Notes: generated from the sequence alone by a model not told the origin. A stretch of DNA of 64,000 nt from Candidatus Omnitrophota bacterium (GCA_903856085.1 CAIOAT010000050.1:422-64421); one strand, 5' to 3'; shown: positions 19,281 to 29,701, counted from the first letter of the stretch. Made by a program: numbers and translations.

Positions 19281-20009
19281 TCAGATCAGCTTCTCGGCAA
19301 TGCGGGAACGAACTTTTTCACTCAGTTTCTGGAAATCGCTATGCTGGAACTCGGTGGTTTCAATGGGCTCTAACACGGTCAATTCACAAAACACTTTGGA
19401 CTTCATAACCCAGTCCCCTTTGGGGATCGCGTTCCGGGTCCCGCGGAGGGCAATGGGAAGGATTGGGAGTTTTTCCGAGATCGCCAGTTTAAAAGCCCCG
19501 CTTTGAAAAGGGTTCATTTCTTCCGTTTCGCTGCGAGTTCCTTCCGGAAAAAAGAGAACCGACATGCCGGAGCGAAGATAGCCGATCGCTTCCCGGTAAA
19601 CATCCCGGATGCTTCCACGATCCTTGCGTTTCAGACTGATGTGCCTGCAAAGTCCCAAGCACCAGCCTAGGAAAGGAATATTGAAAAGACTCTCTTTCGC
19701 TACCCATTTGAACTGCAGCCGAGTCTGATAGAGAACCACAATATCCCCAAGACTTTGATGATTGGCCACGATCACGTAAGTGCGCTTCGGATCCGCGTTT
19801 CCGAGCCCCTTCACTTTGACTTTCCAATAAGGACTCAGACCTATCACGGCATCCGACCACCAGAAGCACTGGCGGTGCAGTATCTTTCGTTGCTTATCGA
19901 ACGGAAAAGTAACCGCTAGAAGGATCAGCTGGACTATGAATAGAAGCGCGATCAGAGACACGCAACTGACCCAAAAAAAAACAGAAAGTAAAACGTTCAG
20001 CACAGACAT
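19281..20009 (-). CDS. plsC: 1-acyl-sn-glycerol-3-phosphate acyltransferase (LPLAT family)
   Basis: The HQSLGD (HX4D) and FPEGTRS motifs. Confidence 0.75.
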   Translation of the reverse strand: MSVLNVLLSVFFWVSCVSLIALLFIVQLILLAVTFPFDKQRKILHRQCFWWSDAVIGLSPYWKVKVKGLGNADPKRTYVIVANHQSLGDIVVLYQTRLQFKWVAKESLFNIPFLGWCLGLCRHISLKRKDRGSIRDVYREAIGYLRSGMSVLFFPEGTRSETEEMNPFQSGAFKLAISEKLPILPIALRGTRNAIPKGDWVMKSKVFCELTVLEPIETTEFQHSDFQKLSEKVRSRIAEKLI

Positions 20010-20082
20010 CCTATCCCGAGGTGAGCCGGAGGTCCGGCAGTCGGCAAAAAATTCGAGAAAAAAAGGGGCCTCTATGCAAACG

Positions 20083-20316
20083 TTAGAAGCGCAAAAAAAC
20101 GATACCAATCATGGCCAGACTCAGCAAAGTCAGGCAAACACCCAGGATCCGCGTAGTCCGCACTTCGCGCGACTCATCAATCGGGACAACTCTCCAGTTG
20201 AAACGTTCCATGATCCATTGATAAAGCTTCATTGAACGTTTTGGGCCAACAGCCGAAAGAACGCCTAACACAAGCCCGAGGTAACCGACCCCCAGAAAAA
20301 GAAACTTCGATGACAT
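20083..20316 (-). CDS. Hypothetical small two-TM membrane protein
   Basis: MSSKFLFLGVGYLGLVLGVLSAV... It overlaps the 5' region of plsC, which is why confidence is low. Confidence 0.25.
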   Translation of the reverse strand: MSSKFLFLGVGYLGLVLGVLSAVGPKRSMKLYQWIMERFNWRVVPIDESREVRTTRILGVCLTLLSLAMIGIVFLRF

Positions 20317-20473
20317 GCAACAACGAATTAGCGGACATTGCATTGTTTTCTCCTTTTATTTTCTCACGCAGAATCTGTTCGAGCTGTTTGCCGTAATGAC
20401 CTCTTGAGAGAGTATAGAACAAAACCTATTTTCGAAAAGATTTTTCTATCTCCAGGACCCCACTCCCCATTCC

Positions 20474-22522
20474 CTACTTTGCATCCTCCCATGCGCTTTG
20501 ATAGCCGTTCACAGATTCGATATAGCGAAAAAGGTCTTCGAAAAAAGCGTGGTTGGAAAGCGTCGCGCTATCGCCGATCATTATGAGTTTGCGCTTGGCG
20601 CGTGTCATAGCAACGTTCATACGCCGCGTGTCGGTCAAAAATCCAAGCTTCCCTTCCCGATTCGACCGGACGAGCGAAACGATCACCGCTTCTTTTTCAC
20701 GGCCCTGGAACGCATCCACACTGTCGATCTCAAGAGACGCCAGTTCGCCCGGGTCACTTTTATCGCCCAGGATCATACCGGTCAAAAGTTTCACTTGCGC
20801 GCTGTACGGACTGATGATCGCAATGTCTTCGGCCGGCACACCGGCTTTAAGCAGGTGATTCAGTTCTTTCACCACAAGCCTCGCCTCCTGTGAGTTGTAG
20901 CGGCTTTCAGTGCCATCTTCGATCTCTTCTTCATAACCAAGACCTGCGGTATCCAGAAAAACGACGGGCGTTCCGTCGAGTTCCTCCGCCTTCACGTTCA
21001 ACAGATCCTTTAGCACGTGCCCGGCAACCGAAGGATCCGCCGTGAGCGCGCCATCATAAAATTCACGTGATGAAAAATCCATAATGTGCTCATGCATCCG
21101 GTATTGCCGTTCCAAACGCACTTTGGATTTCGCTCCCAGGATCTCATGAAGCCGTTCAAAGAGCGTAAAACCCAGTCCCCGTTCACCCGGCCGCGACCGA
21201 AAGACCGTTGGCGGAAGCTGACAATGATCCCCCGCCAAAATAATCTTGCCCCCATGACGCATCGGGATCCATGTCGCAGGCTCGATCCCCTGCGTCGCCT
21301 CATCGAGAATCACCCAATCGAAAGCCTTGGCCCGGATCAAGGGATCACCGCAGACCGTGTGCGTCGCCACCACAACATCCGAGGCATTCCAAACTTGTTT
21401 AAAGATCTGCGTCTTAAGATCACGGATATCGTCACGCAACCTGTTCACCTCGTCACGCATTTCGTTGCGCTCCTCCCAGGACATCACTCGCCGATCCTGA
21501 CGTCGTTCTTTTTGCCGGGCCAACTGTTCGAGCCGAGCTTCATGGGCATCGATCATTTTCGCGTAAGGATGCGCGACCAATTTGTAATTTAAGGTATGCT
21601 CGCGGACCCGTTCTGTAATGCGTGCCGGATGGCCCAACCGCGTCACGGGGATCTTCTTTGCCACGAGACATTCCACCAGATGATCACATGCGGCATTGCT
21701 CGGTGCTGAAACCAGAACGGTCTGCGCTTTCTGAAAAGCCTGATGAATGATTTCCGTCAGCACGCGCGTCTTGCCTGTCCCCGGGGGCCCATGGATGAGA
21801 AGTATGTCCTCGGCCTCAAGTGCCATGGCAACCGCTTTTTTCTGATCATCATTAAGCGACGGATCAAAACCTTGATATGTTTCTTTAGGAACCGGATCGC
21901 CCAGACGGGGCTTCTTGAGACCGAGGCTGATATCTCTCAGCAAAGCGACCCTGGAATGTTCCGCGGTGCGCGTCATTTGCAAAGCTTCATACATGCGCTG
22001 ATACGTGGTCCGATTCTCGGAAAGACTCAGCTGGTAACTTTTTTCGCTTTCAATCCAGCCCGGGATCCTGCCGGTAAAAGCCACCGTGATGCGGAAACGA
22101 TCCTTTTCATAGACCGTGCCGGCGGGACGTTCTTCAGGAGGCGTCAAAAAACCGGAAAGCGAAACAACATCCCCGGGATTCAGGGAATAACGTGGCAACG
22201 AACGACCGTTCTGGAGCGCAAAGGTGAGAAGTTTCTGGCCTGAAGGATTGTAATGGGTCTCTAAGAGATCCAGCCGAAAAATGGCTTTACCCCTTTTTTC
22301 CCGCTCTTCGGGTTTGCGATCCAGGAAATCGGTTTTAAAACGATTCTGTTCTTCGCGTTCTTCCTCGCGCAGGAGGCGCGTCAGATGAAGAAAATGTTTT
22401 TCAATGACCGCTTCATCGCCGACCCAGATCCTGCGCTCTTCTTTTTTCTCGACCCGGGGGGGAAGAGGCGCGTGGACTTTCTTGCGGCGCTTTTTGGGCT
22501 TATCGCGATAGGTGTTAGACAT
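20474..22522 (-). CDS. Superfamily-1 Upf1/IGHMBP2-like DNA/RNA helicase
   Basis: Walker A GPPGTGKT and the motifs DEATQ, QYRMH and AMTRAKRKL indicate an AAA_11/AAA_12 architecture. Confidence 0.8.
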   Translation of the reverse strand: MSNTYRDKPKKRRKKVHAPLPPRVEKKEERRIWVGDEAVIEKHFLHLTRLLREEEREEQNRFKTDFLDRKPEEREKRGKAIFRLDLLETHYNPSGQKLLTFALQNGRSLPRYSLNPGDVVSLSGFLTPPEERPAGTVYEKDRFRITVAFTGRIPGWIESEKSYQLSLSENRTTYQRMYEALQMTRTAEHSRVALLRDISLGLKKPRLGDPVPKETYQGFDPSLNDDQKKAVAMALEAEDILLIHGPPGTGKTRVLTEIIHQAFQKAQTVLVSAPSNAACDHLVECLVAKKIPVTRLGHPARITERVREHTLNYKLVAHPYAKMIDAHEARLEQLARQKERRQDRRVMSWEERNEMRDEVNRLRDDIRDLKTQIFKQVWNASDVVVATHTVCGDPLIRAKAFDWVILDEATQGIEPATWIPMRHGGKIILAGDHCQLPPTVFRSRPGERGLGFTLFERLHEILGAKSKVRLERQYRMHEHIMDFSSREFYDGALTADPSVAGHVLKDLLNVKAEELDGTPVVFLDTAGLGYEEEIEDGTESRYNSQEARLVVKELNHLLKAGVPAEDIAIISPYSAQVKLLTGMILGDKSDPGELASLEIDSVDAFQGREKEAVIVSLVRSNREGKLGFLTDTRRMNVAMTRAKRKLIMIGDSATLSNHAFFEDLFRYIESVNGYQSAWEDAK

Positions 22523-22536
22523 GAACGCTCTTGGCT

Positions 22537-22953
22537 CTATTCTCCGAGGATCTTGACGATCACGCGTTTGCGCCGACGACCATCGAATTCGGCGTAAAAA
22601 ATACGCTCCCAGGTCCCGAAGTCGAGGCGCCCTTTTGTAATCGCCACCACAACCTCCCGGCCGAAAAGCTGACGCTTGACGTGGGAGTCCCCGTTATCTT
22701 CTCCGGTCCTGTGATGGCGGTAACCCTTGAGATCATAAGGCGCCATACGCTCGAGAAAATCATCGAAGTCCTGGATCAGACCGTCTTCGTCGTCATTGAT
22801 GTAGACGCTCGCGGTGATATGCATGGGATTGACAAGGCACAAACCTTCTTGGACGCCGCTTTTTGCGACCGCGGCCTCGACCTGGCGCGTGATGTTGATG
22901 TAATCACGTTTCTTTTTCGTCTCGAACGAGAGATATTCGGTATGTGTTTTCAT
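22537..22953 (-). CDS. yjbQ: YjbQ/UPF0047 family protein (secondary thiamine-phosphate synthase-like)
   Basis: 138 aa with the motifs [12 protein letters not shown] and [14 protein letters not shown]. Confidence 0.7.
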   Translation of the reverse strand: MKTHTEYLSFETKKKRDYINITRQVEAAVAKSGVQEGLCLVNPMHITASVYINDDEDGLIQDFDDFLERMAPYDLKGYRHHRTGEDNGDSHVKRQLFGREVVVAITKGRLDFGTWERIFYAEFDGRRRKRVIVKILGE

Positions 22954-23030
22954 GGGCCACCTCTTTGATAAATATAATGTGCCGCTCCTGCCTGAGATGA
23001 GACCGCGAATAAAAACTCGAGAGCCGCGCG

Positions 23031-23408
23031 CTAGGTAGGAAGAGTCTGACTTATCGTGGTTTCGGTCGCTTTCTCAAAAATAGTCTCCGGCTTCATGACG
23101 GGCTTATAGTCGGTCGGACCCGGGAAAGGGAAAGTCGCTATGTCGTAGATCCCGGCTCCAGCCCGAAGAAGCGTGTATCCGATCCCCCGCCCAATGCTCA
23201 TGATAAATCCCGTGAGATAATCCGGACTTTGCTCCATTGCCGTGGGTATTTGGGTCACAAATTCTCCCGGACTGGTCGCCACATTCGTCACCCCGCGACT
23301 GAATTTAGTGAGAGCCTTATTGGAATTCATTTTTTCTACGACCGAGGCTTCGGCGCGAGCGCTGATGAACGCCAACGCGATAGCGAGAAACAGTGCCGTT
23401 TTTTTCAT
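23031..23408 (-). CDS. Small secreted protein with a signal peptide
   Basis: [19 protein letters not shown] signal followed by [12 protein letters not shown]. It may be a TIGR04073-like exosortase-associated family member, which I could not verify. Confidence 0.4.
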   Translation of the reverse strand: MKKTALFLAIALAFISARAEASVVEKMNSNKALTKFSRGVTNVATSPGEFVTQIPTAMEQSPDYLTGFIMSIGRGIGYTLLRAGAGIYDIATFPFPGPTDYKPVMKPETIFEKATETTISQTLPT

Positions 23409-23503
23409 TTCAAGAGTCTCCTTTTTTCATCCCAACTATTATTCCACCCACAAGGAGTATCGACCATTTTGCATCTTTTTTAAATTTTTATGAGCTTTCC
23501 GTT

Positions 23504-24040
23504 TCAATCCTCAAACCCCTCCGTTTGAAAAACCTCAATCACAGCCTCCGGAAGTTCCTGCTCCACAAGCCCCGCCTTCTCCAACGCGCAGCTCTCAAAA
23601 AAAGTCTTGGCATCCCAACCGGTCTCGGTCGCTACCTCGGGAAGATAAACGCCTTTTTTCCAGCCATGCGTCACGATGATCCCATCCGTCCCGGTCCGGA
23701 TTTCCTTGTAACTTTTCACCGGCAAAGGTTCCGTAAGAAGCGACACATGGACCTCAAGATCTTTGAGTTCGTCAAGACCCAGAGGAGGAAATCGCGGATC
23801 TTTGAACGCCGCGGCGAGAGTCATATCATGGATGCTTTTTTTTAGCGGCTCATAACCCAGGATATGACCGATACAGCCACGCAAGCGTCCACGGATTTTG
23901 AGGGTCACGAAGATCCCGCGCTTTTGTTCCATAAGTTCACGACCAAGCTCAAGTTTAGGTTCGGACCCACTTGTCAAACGCGCCTTCAAAAGCTCTCTCA
24001 CGTAGGCTAAGATTCGTTTTTTTTCTTCCGCGTTTAGCAT
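23504..24040 (-). CDS. amrA: AmmeMemoRadiSam system protein A (AMMECR1 domain)
   Basis: The GIFVTLKIRGRLRGCIG motif of the AMMECR1 core. Confidence 0.8.
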   Translation of the reverse strand: MLNAEEKKRILAYVRELLKARLTSGSEPKLELGRELMEQKRGIFVTLKIRGRLRGCIGHILGYEPLKKSIHDMTLAAAFKDPRFPPLGLDELKDLEVHVSLLTEPLPVKSYKEIRTGTDGIIVTHGWKKGVYLPEVATETGWDAKTFFESCALEKAGLVEQELPEAVIEVFQTEGFED

Positions 24041-24870
24041 ACGGTTTCCCTGAAAGCCATGGCCGCATAACCCACCACCGAACTCCGGTCTCGGGTCACA
24101 TCTCCCGAGTTCGAGTATCGAATGAGACGCGGACCGGACCAATTCATTTTCTTGGCCAGCAGGATCGAGGTCAGAACAGGCCCCATGCCGCAAGCTTCAG
24201 CCTCTCCCTCAACGTATGCGCCATAAATCGCTTCGGCATTCCCTTTCTCGAACATAGCAATGAGGGACCTGTCCTTTGCGAATGCCGTTTCATAAGAATG
24301 AAAATGAGAAAGGTCTGTCGTCGCTACCACAAGTATGTTTCGATCCGCAAGCGTCTTGGCCAAAGCATCCGCGAGGATCGCACTGCTTGTGATGTTCTGA
24401 ACCCCGATATAGATTGGAACGATTTTAAGACCCGGGATCGTTTCCTGAAGAAATGGAATCTGAACCTCCAGGGAATGTTCTTCAAGACTATCGGGCATCG
24501 CGTTCCGAAAAAGAGGATGAAACCCTTGGATCTCTCGGACAAGTTCACGATCGACGGAAACGCGTCCGAGCGGGGTTTCATAAGCGGCGACATCGTCTAT
24601 GAGAACACCTTGCAAGAACACGCGGTGCAAAAAAGCAATGATCACAACGCTGTCGAACGTCCGGCCCTCCACAAACTTGTAGGCCTCAGCCGCGACTTGC
24701 CCCGAGTAATCATAACCCGCATGCGGGACGATCAGAGAACGAACATCCGGATCGGGAACATGCCCGGCGGTGGTTAGGAATTTTCGGACCTTTTTTTTGA
24801 GACTTTCCGGTTCTTTGGGATAGAACTGCCCGCTCACCATCGCGGTACGAACGGTTTCCTGATTCGTCAT
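24034..24870 (-). CDS. amrB: AmmeMemoRadiSam system protein B (MEMO1 family)
   Basis: The VSGQFYP and VPHAGYDYSG motifs. GAAGGA RBS upstream. Confidence 0.8.
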   Translation of the reverse strand: MTNQETVRTAMVSGQFYPKEPESLKKKVRKFLTTAGHVPDPDVRSLIVPHAGYDYSGQVAAEAYKFVEGRTFDSVVIIAFLHRVFLQGVLIDDVAAYETPLGRVSVDRELVREIQGFHPLFRNAMPDSLEEHSLEVQIPFLQETIPGLKIVPIYIGVQNITSSAILADALAKTLADRNILVVATTDLSHFHSYETAFAKDRSLIAMFEKGNAEAIYGAYVEGEAEACGMGPVLTSILLAKKMNWSGPRLIRYSNSGDVTRDRSSVVGYAAMAFRETVC

Positions 24871-25010
24871 AATCTCATCCTTCGGTTTGCTATTTCGGCT
24901 CCATTCTACACCCAAAGATCGAGGGGAAAACCCATAAATTCGTGAGCCACCGCTAAAGATGTCTGGAATTCGGCGCACCCGGCTATTACAATGATTCATG
25001 GGAGGCACTC

Positions 25011-26075
25011 ATGGATACGCAGACTTTTTCTTCAGTTAAGGTTGCATTTTTCGATGCCAAGCCTTATGACATCGAATCCTTCGACGAGGCTAACCGCGAC
25101 CTCGGGTTCCAAATCACGTATTTCAAAAATCATCTCTCCCTTGAGACCGTTTCGTTGACGCAAGGCTTCCAGGTCGTCTGCATTTTTGTCAACGATACTG
25201 TCCAAAAAGATGTCATCGAGATCCTTGCCCGTAACGGCATTCAGCTGATCGCGATCCGTGCCGCCGGATACAACAATATCGATCTGAAAGCACTCTTTCA
25301 AAAGATCCACACCGTCCGCGTCCCCGCCTACTCCCCTCATGCCGTGGCAGAACACGCGGTCGCACTCATGCTCGCTCTAAACCGCAAGGTGCACCGGGCG
25401 TATTACAGAACACGCGATAATAATTTCACGCTTAACGGATTGATGGGCTTTGATATGCATGGAAAGACCGCGGGCATTATCGGCACCGGCAAAATCGGCA
25501 GGGTCACAATCGAAATCCTGAAGGGTTTCGGAATGCGTGTCCTCGCCTACGATGCTTTTCCGGACGAGGCCTATCAGAAAAAAACAGGTTTTGAGTACGT
25601 GGACCTTGACACGCTTTATAAGGAATCGGACATCCTCTCGCTTCATTGCCCGCTCACCAAAGAAACCTACCACTTGATCAACGAAACCAGCATCGCAAAA
25701 ATGAAACGTGGCATCATGATCATCAATACCGGCCGCGGCATGCTCATTGATTCCAAGGCACTTATCGGGGGTCTCAAGACCGGTCAGGTCGGTTTCGCGG
25801 GACTGGATGTCTACGAGGAAGAAAGCGATTATTTTTTTGAGGATTTTTCCAACAAGGTCATTACCGATGACGTCCTCGCCCGCCTCCTCTCTTTCAATAA
25901 CGTGGTCGTCACCTCGCATCAAGGGTTTTTTACCCGGGAAGCCCTTCAGAATATCGCAGTGACAACGCTGGAGAATGTCCGGGAATTTTTTACGGAGCAC
26001 AAGTTACCGAACGAAATTTGTTATCAATGCAGTACAACGTCCTGCCCGCGAAAAACCACCGGGAAATGCTTCTAG
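25011..26075 (+). CDS. ldhA: D-isomer-specific 2-hydroxyacid dehydrogenase (D-lactate dehydrogenase-like)
   Basis: NAD-binding GIIGTGKIG and catalytic Arg/Glu/His residues. Confidence 0.8.
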   Translation: MDTQTFSSVKVAFFDAKPYDIESFDEANRDLGFQITYFKNHLSLETVSLTQGFQVVCIFVNDTVQKDVIEILARNGIQLIAIRAAGYNNIDLKALFQKIHTVRVPAYSPHAVAEHAVALMLALNRKVHRAYYRTRDNNFTLNGLMGFDMHGKTAGIIGTGKIGRVTIEILKGFGMRVLAYDAFPDEAYQKKTGFEYVDLDTLYKESDILSLHCPLTKETYHLINETSIAKMKRGIMIINTGRGMLIDSKALIGGLKTGQVGFAGLDVYEEESDYFFEDFSNKVITDDVLARLLSFNNVVVTSHQGFFTREALQNIAVTTLENVREFFTEHKLPNEICYQCSTTSCPRKTTGKCF

Positions 26076-26155
26076 TCCTTGGAGATTCTTCAAAAACAAG
26101 GACAGCTCCGAGAACCCGCTAAATCAAAATTGACGCATTCCAGAAAAGGAGAATC

Positions 26156-26515
26156 ATGACGCAACCCGCCAAACCCACGACCGCTCAACCACGAAACTTT
26201 ATTGGAACTTCACTTGAGATCGAAAGTCTTGTGGAATATCAGAAAAATTCGGTAGTCAGCAAACAGATTCTGAACAAAAAAGCAGGAACACTTACTTTGT
26301 TTGCTTTTGACAAGGGCGAAGGATTGAGCGAGCACACAGCGCCTTATGACGCGTCCGTCATGGTCCTCGACGGAAAAGCCGCGATCACGATCGGGGGGAA
26401 ATCCCATCAAATCAAGAAAGGCGCAATGATTATCATGCCCGCGGGGATTCCACACTCTCTCAAAGCCGTTGAGCGCTTCAAGATGCTCCTCATCATGATC
26501 CGGTCCGCGGATTAA
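26156..26515 (+). CDS. Cupin-domain protein
   Basis: 119 aa with the cupin motifs HTAPYDASVMVLDGKA and GAMIIMPAGIPHSL. Confidence 0.6.
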   Translation: MTQPAKPTTAQPRNFIGTSLEIESLVEYQKNSVVSKQILNKKAGTLTLFAFDKGEGLSEHTAPYDASVMVLDGKAAITIGGKSHQIKKGAMIIMPAGIPHSLKAVERFKMLLIMIRSAD

Positions 26516-26520
26516 AAAAA

Positions 26521-26560
26521 AGGGACAGGCTGTTTCTTCTAAATTCAGCCTGTCCCCTTT
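26521..26560. terminator. Bidirectional Rho-independent terminator between convergent genes
   Basis: The stem GGGACAGGCTG...CAGCCTGTCCC is flanked by an A-run and a T-run. Confidence 0.65.
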
Positions 26561-26593
26561 CGTACGAAAAAAACCAGCGCTTAGATTTCCAAC

Positions 26594-27010
26594 TTAGCTG
26601 TTTTTACGCCGCCTCGACCGTTGCGTTCCCTGTGCCGCTTTCCGGTCCTGCTGAAGCTGCGTACGGTCTTCGCCAAGCTTCTTATTATCTTCTTTTCTTC
26701 CAGCAACATTCTCTTGATGAGTCGCTTTCAGTTGCGCCATGAGCGCCTGGGCTTTCTCCTGGTCTCCGGCCGCAAGAGCGTCACGAATCTGCTTATGGAG
26801 ATCTTTTTCCTCCAATTTGGCCGCTTGGCCACTTTGTTTCATCTCTGTTTTCTGCTCCGCGACGTTCTGTTTGTCCGCATTCAACTGCGTCTTCCATCCC
26901 TGAGCCTCTGCCGTAGAGACTGTGTTGGATGTATCCGCCTTTTCTTCTGCCGCGACTGGAAATGCGCCGCACAATAGAAGTGAAAGCACGATGCCTATGA
27001 AACGCTTCAT
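26594..27010 (-). CDS. Secreted coiled-coil protein
   Basis: A signal peptide followed by Lys/Glu/Gln-rich low-complexity sequence. Confidence 0.4.
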   Translation of the reverse strand: MKRFIGIVLSLLLCGAFPVAAEEKADTSNTVSTAEAQGWKTQLNADKQNVAEQKTEMKQSGQAAKLEEKDLHKQIRDALAAGDQEKAQALMAQLKATHQENVAGRKEDNKKLGEDRTQLQQDRKAAQGTQRSRRRKNS

Positions 27011-27194
27011 GATGAACCTCCTTGAGATAGGGTTACACTACTCAACAACAAACACGCCCCATATGCTACACCCATAAAATCACTTTCGCAAGACTACCCC
27101 GATTTTTCATTTCTTTTTCGGAACAATAGTCAGCACTGATTCTCACGCTACGTTTATAATTAAAAATCAGCGCTCTCCCAACTAACCCTTCACC

Positions 27195-27758
27195 TCAAAA
27201 CTGAATCTTGACGTCTGAGGTCTCTTCCTTCGGGATCTCAAGAAGCGGACGATGCGTATACCCCAGAGAGCCCGCGATAAAAACATCGGGAAGCTGCTGG
27301 ATACGGATATTAAAAATGTTCACGCTGTCGTTAAAGAATTCCCGGCGGTCCGCGATCTCGTTCTCAAGACCCGAGATCCGGTTTTGGAGCTGAAGAAAGT
27401 TTTGGTTTGCCTTAAGGTCCGGATAATTTTCGGAGACCGCAAAAAGCGTTTTGAGACCGGCGGCTAGCTGGTTTTCGGCTTGCGTCTTCTCCGCGATCGA
27501 GGTCGCGTTCATGAAGGACGTACGCGCCTGCGTGATTTTCTCCAGAAGCGTCTGCTCGTATTTCATGTACCCCTTGCAAGTTTCGATCAGCTTCGGTAAT
27601 TCATCGTGTCTCTGTTTCAGGAGCACGTCCATATTCGCCCACGCCTTGTCCATGTTGTTCCGCACCTGGATCAAACCGTTATACACCCCAACAAAATACC
27701 CGATCAACCCCAGCACCACGAAAAGAACCGCCACCGAGATCACGATCTCCATATCCAC
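27195..27758 (-). CDS. lemA: LemA family protein
   Basis: An N-terminal TM helix and the LemA core GLIQVRNNMDKAWANMDVLLKQRHDELP. Confidence 0.8.
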   Translation of the reverse strand: MDMEIVISVAVLFVVLGLIGYFVGVYNGLIQVRNNMDKAWANMDVLLKQRHDELPKLIETCKGYMKYEQTLLEKITQARTSFMNATSIAEKTQAENQLAAGLKTLFAVSENYPDLKANQNFLQLQNRISGLENEIADRREFFNDSVNIFNIRIQQLPDVFIAGSLGYTHRPLLEIPKEETSDVKIQF

Positions 27759-27764
27759 CTCCTT

Positions 27765-28544
27765 TTAAAAAAAGTGTCTAAAATAGTGCCCGATCAGAAT
27801 AAAAAGACACGCCACTGTCAGGACAGGCCCGCCGTAGAGATACAAATACATCTTCCCGCAAAAAGACACTAGCAATTCTTTTTCGCTTTCGTCCGAGATG
27901 CAAAAAAAAGGAGCATCCCCTTTCTGGATACAAAGGTTCTCAAAACCCGTCGCGCTTCCTTGCACCAACGGATTTTCGGAGGCCTCCCCCATGATATAGA
28001 TCGCATCCCCCGGACAGATATACTGTTCCACACAACGGAGCTGTTTGTCAAAACCCAAAAACCCGTGGGGCGAAATTCCAAGATCGATCAGTCCCTGCTC
28101 GAACACCTCGGTATCAGCTCCTCCGCCCCAAGAACCCAGCTGATATTTCCGGTCTGCAGCGAGGTAGAACTCCGCGCCTACGGGGTTGATAAGGACCTTC
28201 ACTGTTCCATCTTCGAGAAGGAACCAACTGGGCGTCGCGAATTCCTTGATCGTCACCCACTGACTGCTTTTTCCGGAGCCTTGGTGCTCTTCGATCTTAT
28301 AGTGAAAAAAAACGCTCTCGACTTTTGAAAAGGGCGTCTTCTGAGTTCCCTGGAACGGCTGGGCAACACCCTGGACCTCCACAAGACCCACGGCCATACC
28401 GCGCACGGTGGAAGTTGGAATATTCTCGATCAGCTTTTTCTTGCCACGAATCTTGAAGCCACGGAAAAAACCGAGGATACCGAATACGATCCCCAGGCAA
28501 AGATAAAAGAAGAGTTTATCCTCTGATTCGCTCGAGCTCATGAC
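27765..28544 (-). CDS. Two-TM membrane protein, possibly GIDE-like, forming a pair with LemA
   Basis: An N-terminal TM, a central beta-rich domain and a C-terminal TM, located downstream of lemA. Confidence 0.4.
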   Translation of the reverse strand, partial: VMSSSESEDKLFFYLCLGIVFGILGFFRGFKIRGKKKLIENIPTSTVRGMAVGLVEVQGVAQPFQGTQKTPFSKVESVFFHYKIEEHQGSGKSSQWVTIKEFATPSWFLLEDGTVKVLINPVGAEFYLAADRKYQLGSWGGGADTEVFEQGLIDLGISPHGFLGFDKQLRCVEQYICPGDAIYIMGEASENPLVQGSATGFENLCIQKGDAPFFCISDESEKELLVSFCGKMYLYLYGGPVLTVACLFILIGHYFRHFF

Positions 28545-28624
28545 CCAGAATATCGTCCTATTTTCGGTCTTTTTGACAAAAAAGTTCCGATGCGTGATCT
28601 CCCGCAATAGGGCATAATAATGCT

Positions 28625-29701
28625 ATGGGATCTATTGCACCAACCCAATACTGGAAAAAACTGGCCGACAGCAAAGTCCAGTGCAACCTCTGCCCCCGCC
28701 ACTGCAAGCTCGTGGAGGGTCAACACGGATTTTGTTTCGTACGGGCATGCCAAAACGGCGCGATCGTGCTTACAACTTACGGTCGCGCAAGCGGCTTCTG
28801 CGTGGACCCGATCGAAAAAAAACCACTCTTTCATTTTCTCCCCGGAACACCGGTCCTGTCCTTCGGCACGGCTGGATGCAATCTCGGCTGCCAATTCTGC
28901 CAGAATTGGAGCATTTCCCGTTCGCGCGAAACGGACACACTTGGGGACGACGCCGCTCCTGAACGCATTGCCAAGGCCGCCAAAGAACTCGGCGCTCGAA
29001 GCGTCGCTTTCACGTATAACGAACCGCATATTTTCCATGAATACGCGATCGATACGGCCAAGGCGTGCCATAAACTTGGGATCAAAACGGTCGCTGTAAC
29101 GGCAGGTTATGTGTGCGCTGAGCCCCGAAAGGAATTCTATGCTTGGATGGATGCGGCCAATGTGGACTTAAAAGGTTTCACGGAGGATTTTTATAAGAAA
29201 TACACCGATAGCGCGCTCCAACCGGTGCTTGAAACGCTTCTTCACCTCAAGCACGAAACTAAAGCGTGGTTTGAGATCACAACACTTTTGATCCCTGGCC
29301 TGAACGATTCCGAAAAAGAGATCCGTGCAATGACGGACTGGATCGTAAAAAATTTAGGGCAAGATGTCCCGCTCCATTTCACGGCCTTTCATCCCGACTA
29401 TAAAATGATCGATCTCGAGCCGACTCCGGTCCTGACACTCCAAAAAGCCCGCAAGATCGCCCTGGCAAGCGGCCTCCACTACTGCTATACCGGCAACGTC
29501 GAAAACTCCGAAGGCGAAACCACTTTTTGCCACGGCTGCGGCAAAACATTGATCGTCCGCCATGGGTATTCAATCAGGGAGTGGCATTTGAAAGAAGGAA
29601 AATGTAAATTCTGCGGCGCTTTGTGCGCGGGGATTTTTGAGGAAAAACCTGGAACTTGGGACTCAAAACGCTTGCCCGTTCGGCTTAATGCCTTTCCCTA
29701 A
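28625..29701 (+). CDS. amrS: AmmeMemoRadiSam system radical SAM enzyme
   Basis: The radical SAM motif CNLGCQFC plus the N-terminal CNLCPRHC motif. PFL-activating-enzyme-like. Confidence 0.85.
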   Translation: MGSIAPTQYWKKLADSKVQCNLCPRHCKLVEGQHGFCFVRACQNGAIVLTTYGRASGFCVDPIEKKPLFHFLPGTPVLSFGTAGCNLGCQFCQNWSISRSRETDTLGDDAAPERIAKAAKELGARSVAFTYNEPHIFHEYAIDTAKACHKLGIKTVAVTAGYVCAEPRKEFYAWMDAANVDLKGFTEDFYKKYTDSALQPVLETLLHLKHETKAWFEITTLLIPGLNDSEKEIRAMTDWIVKNLGQDVPLHFTAFHPDYKMIDLEPTPVLTLQKARKIALASGLHYCYTGNVENSEGETTFCHGCGKTLIVRHGYSIREWHLKEGKCKFCGALCAGIFEEKPGTWDSKRLPVRLNAFP

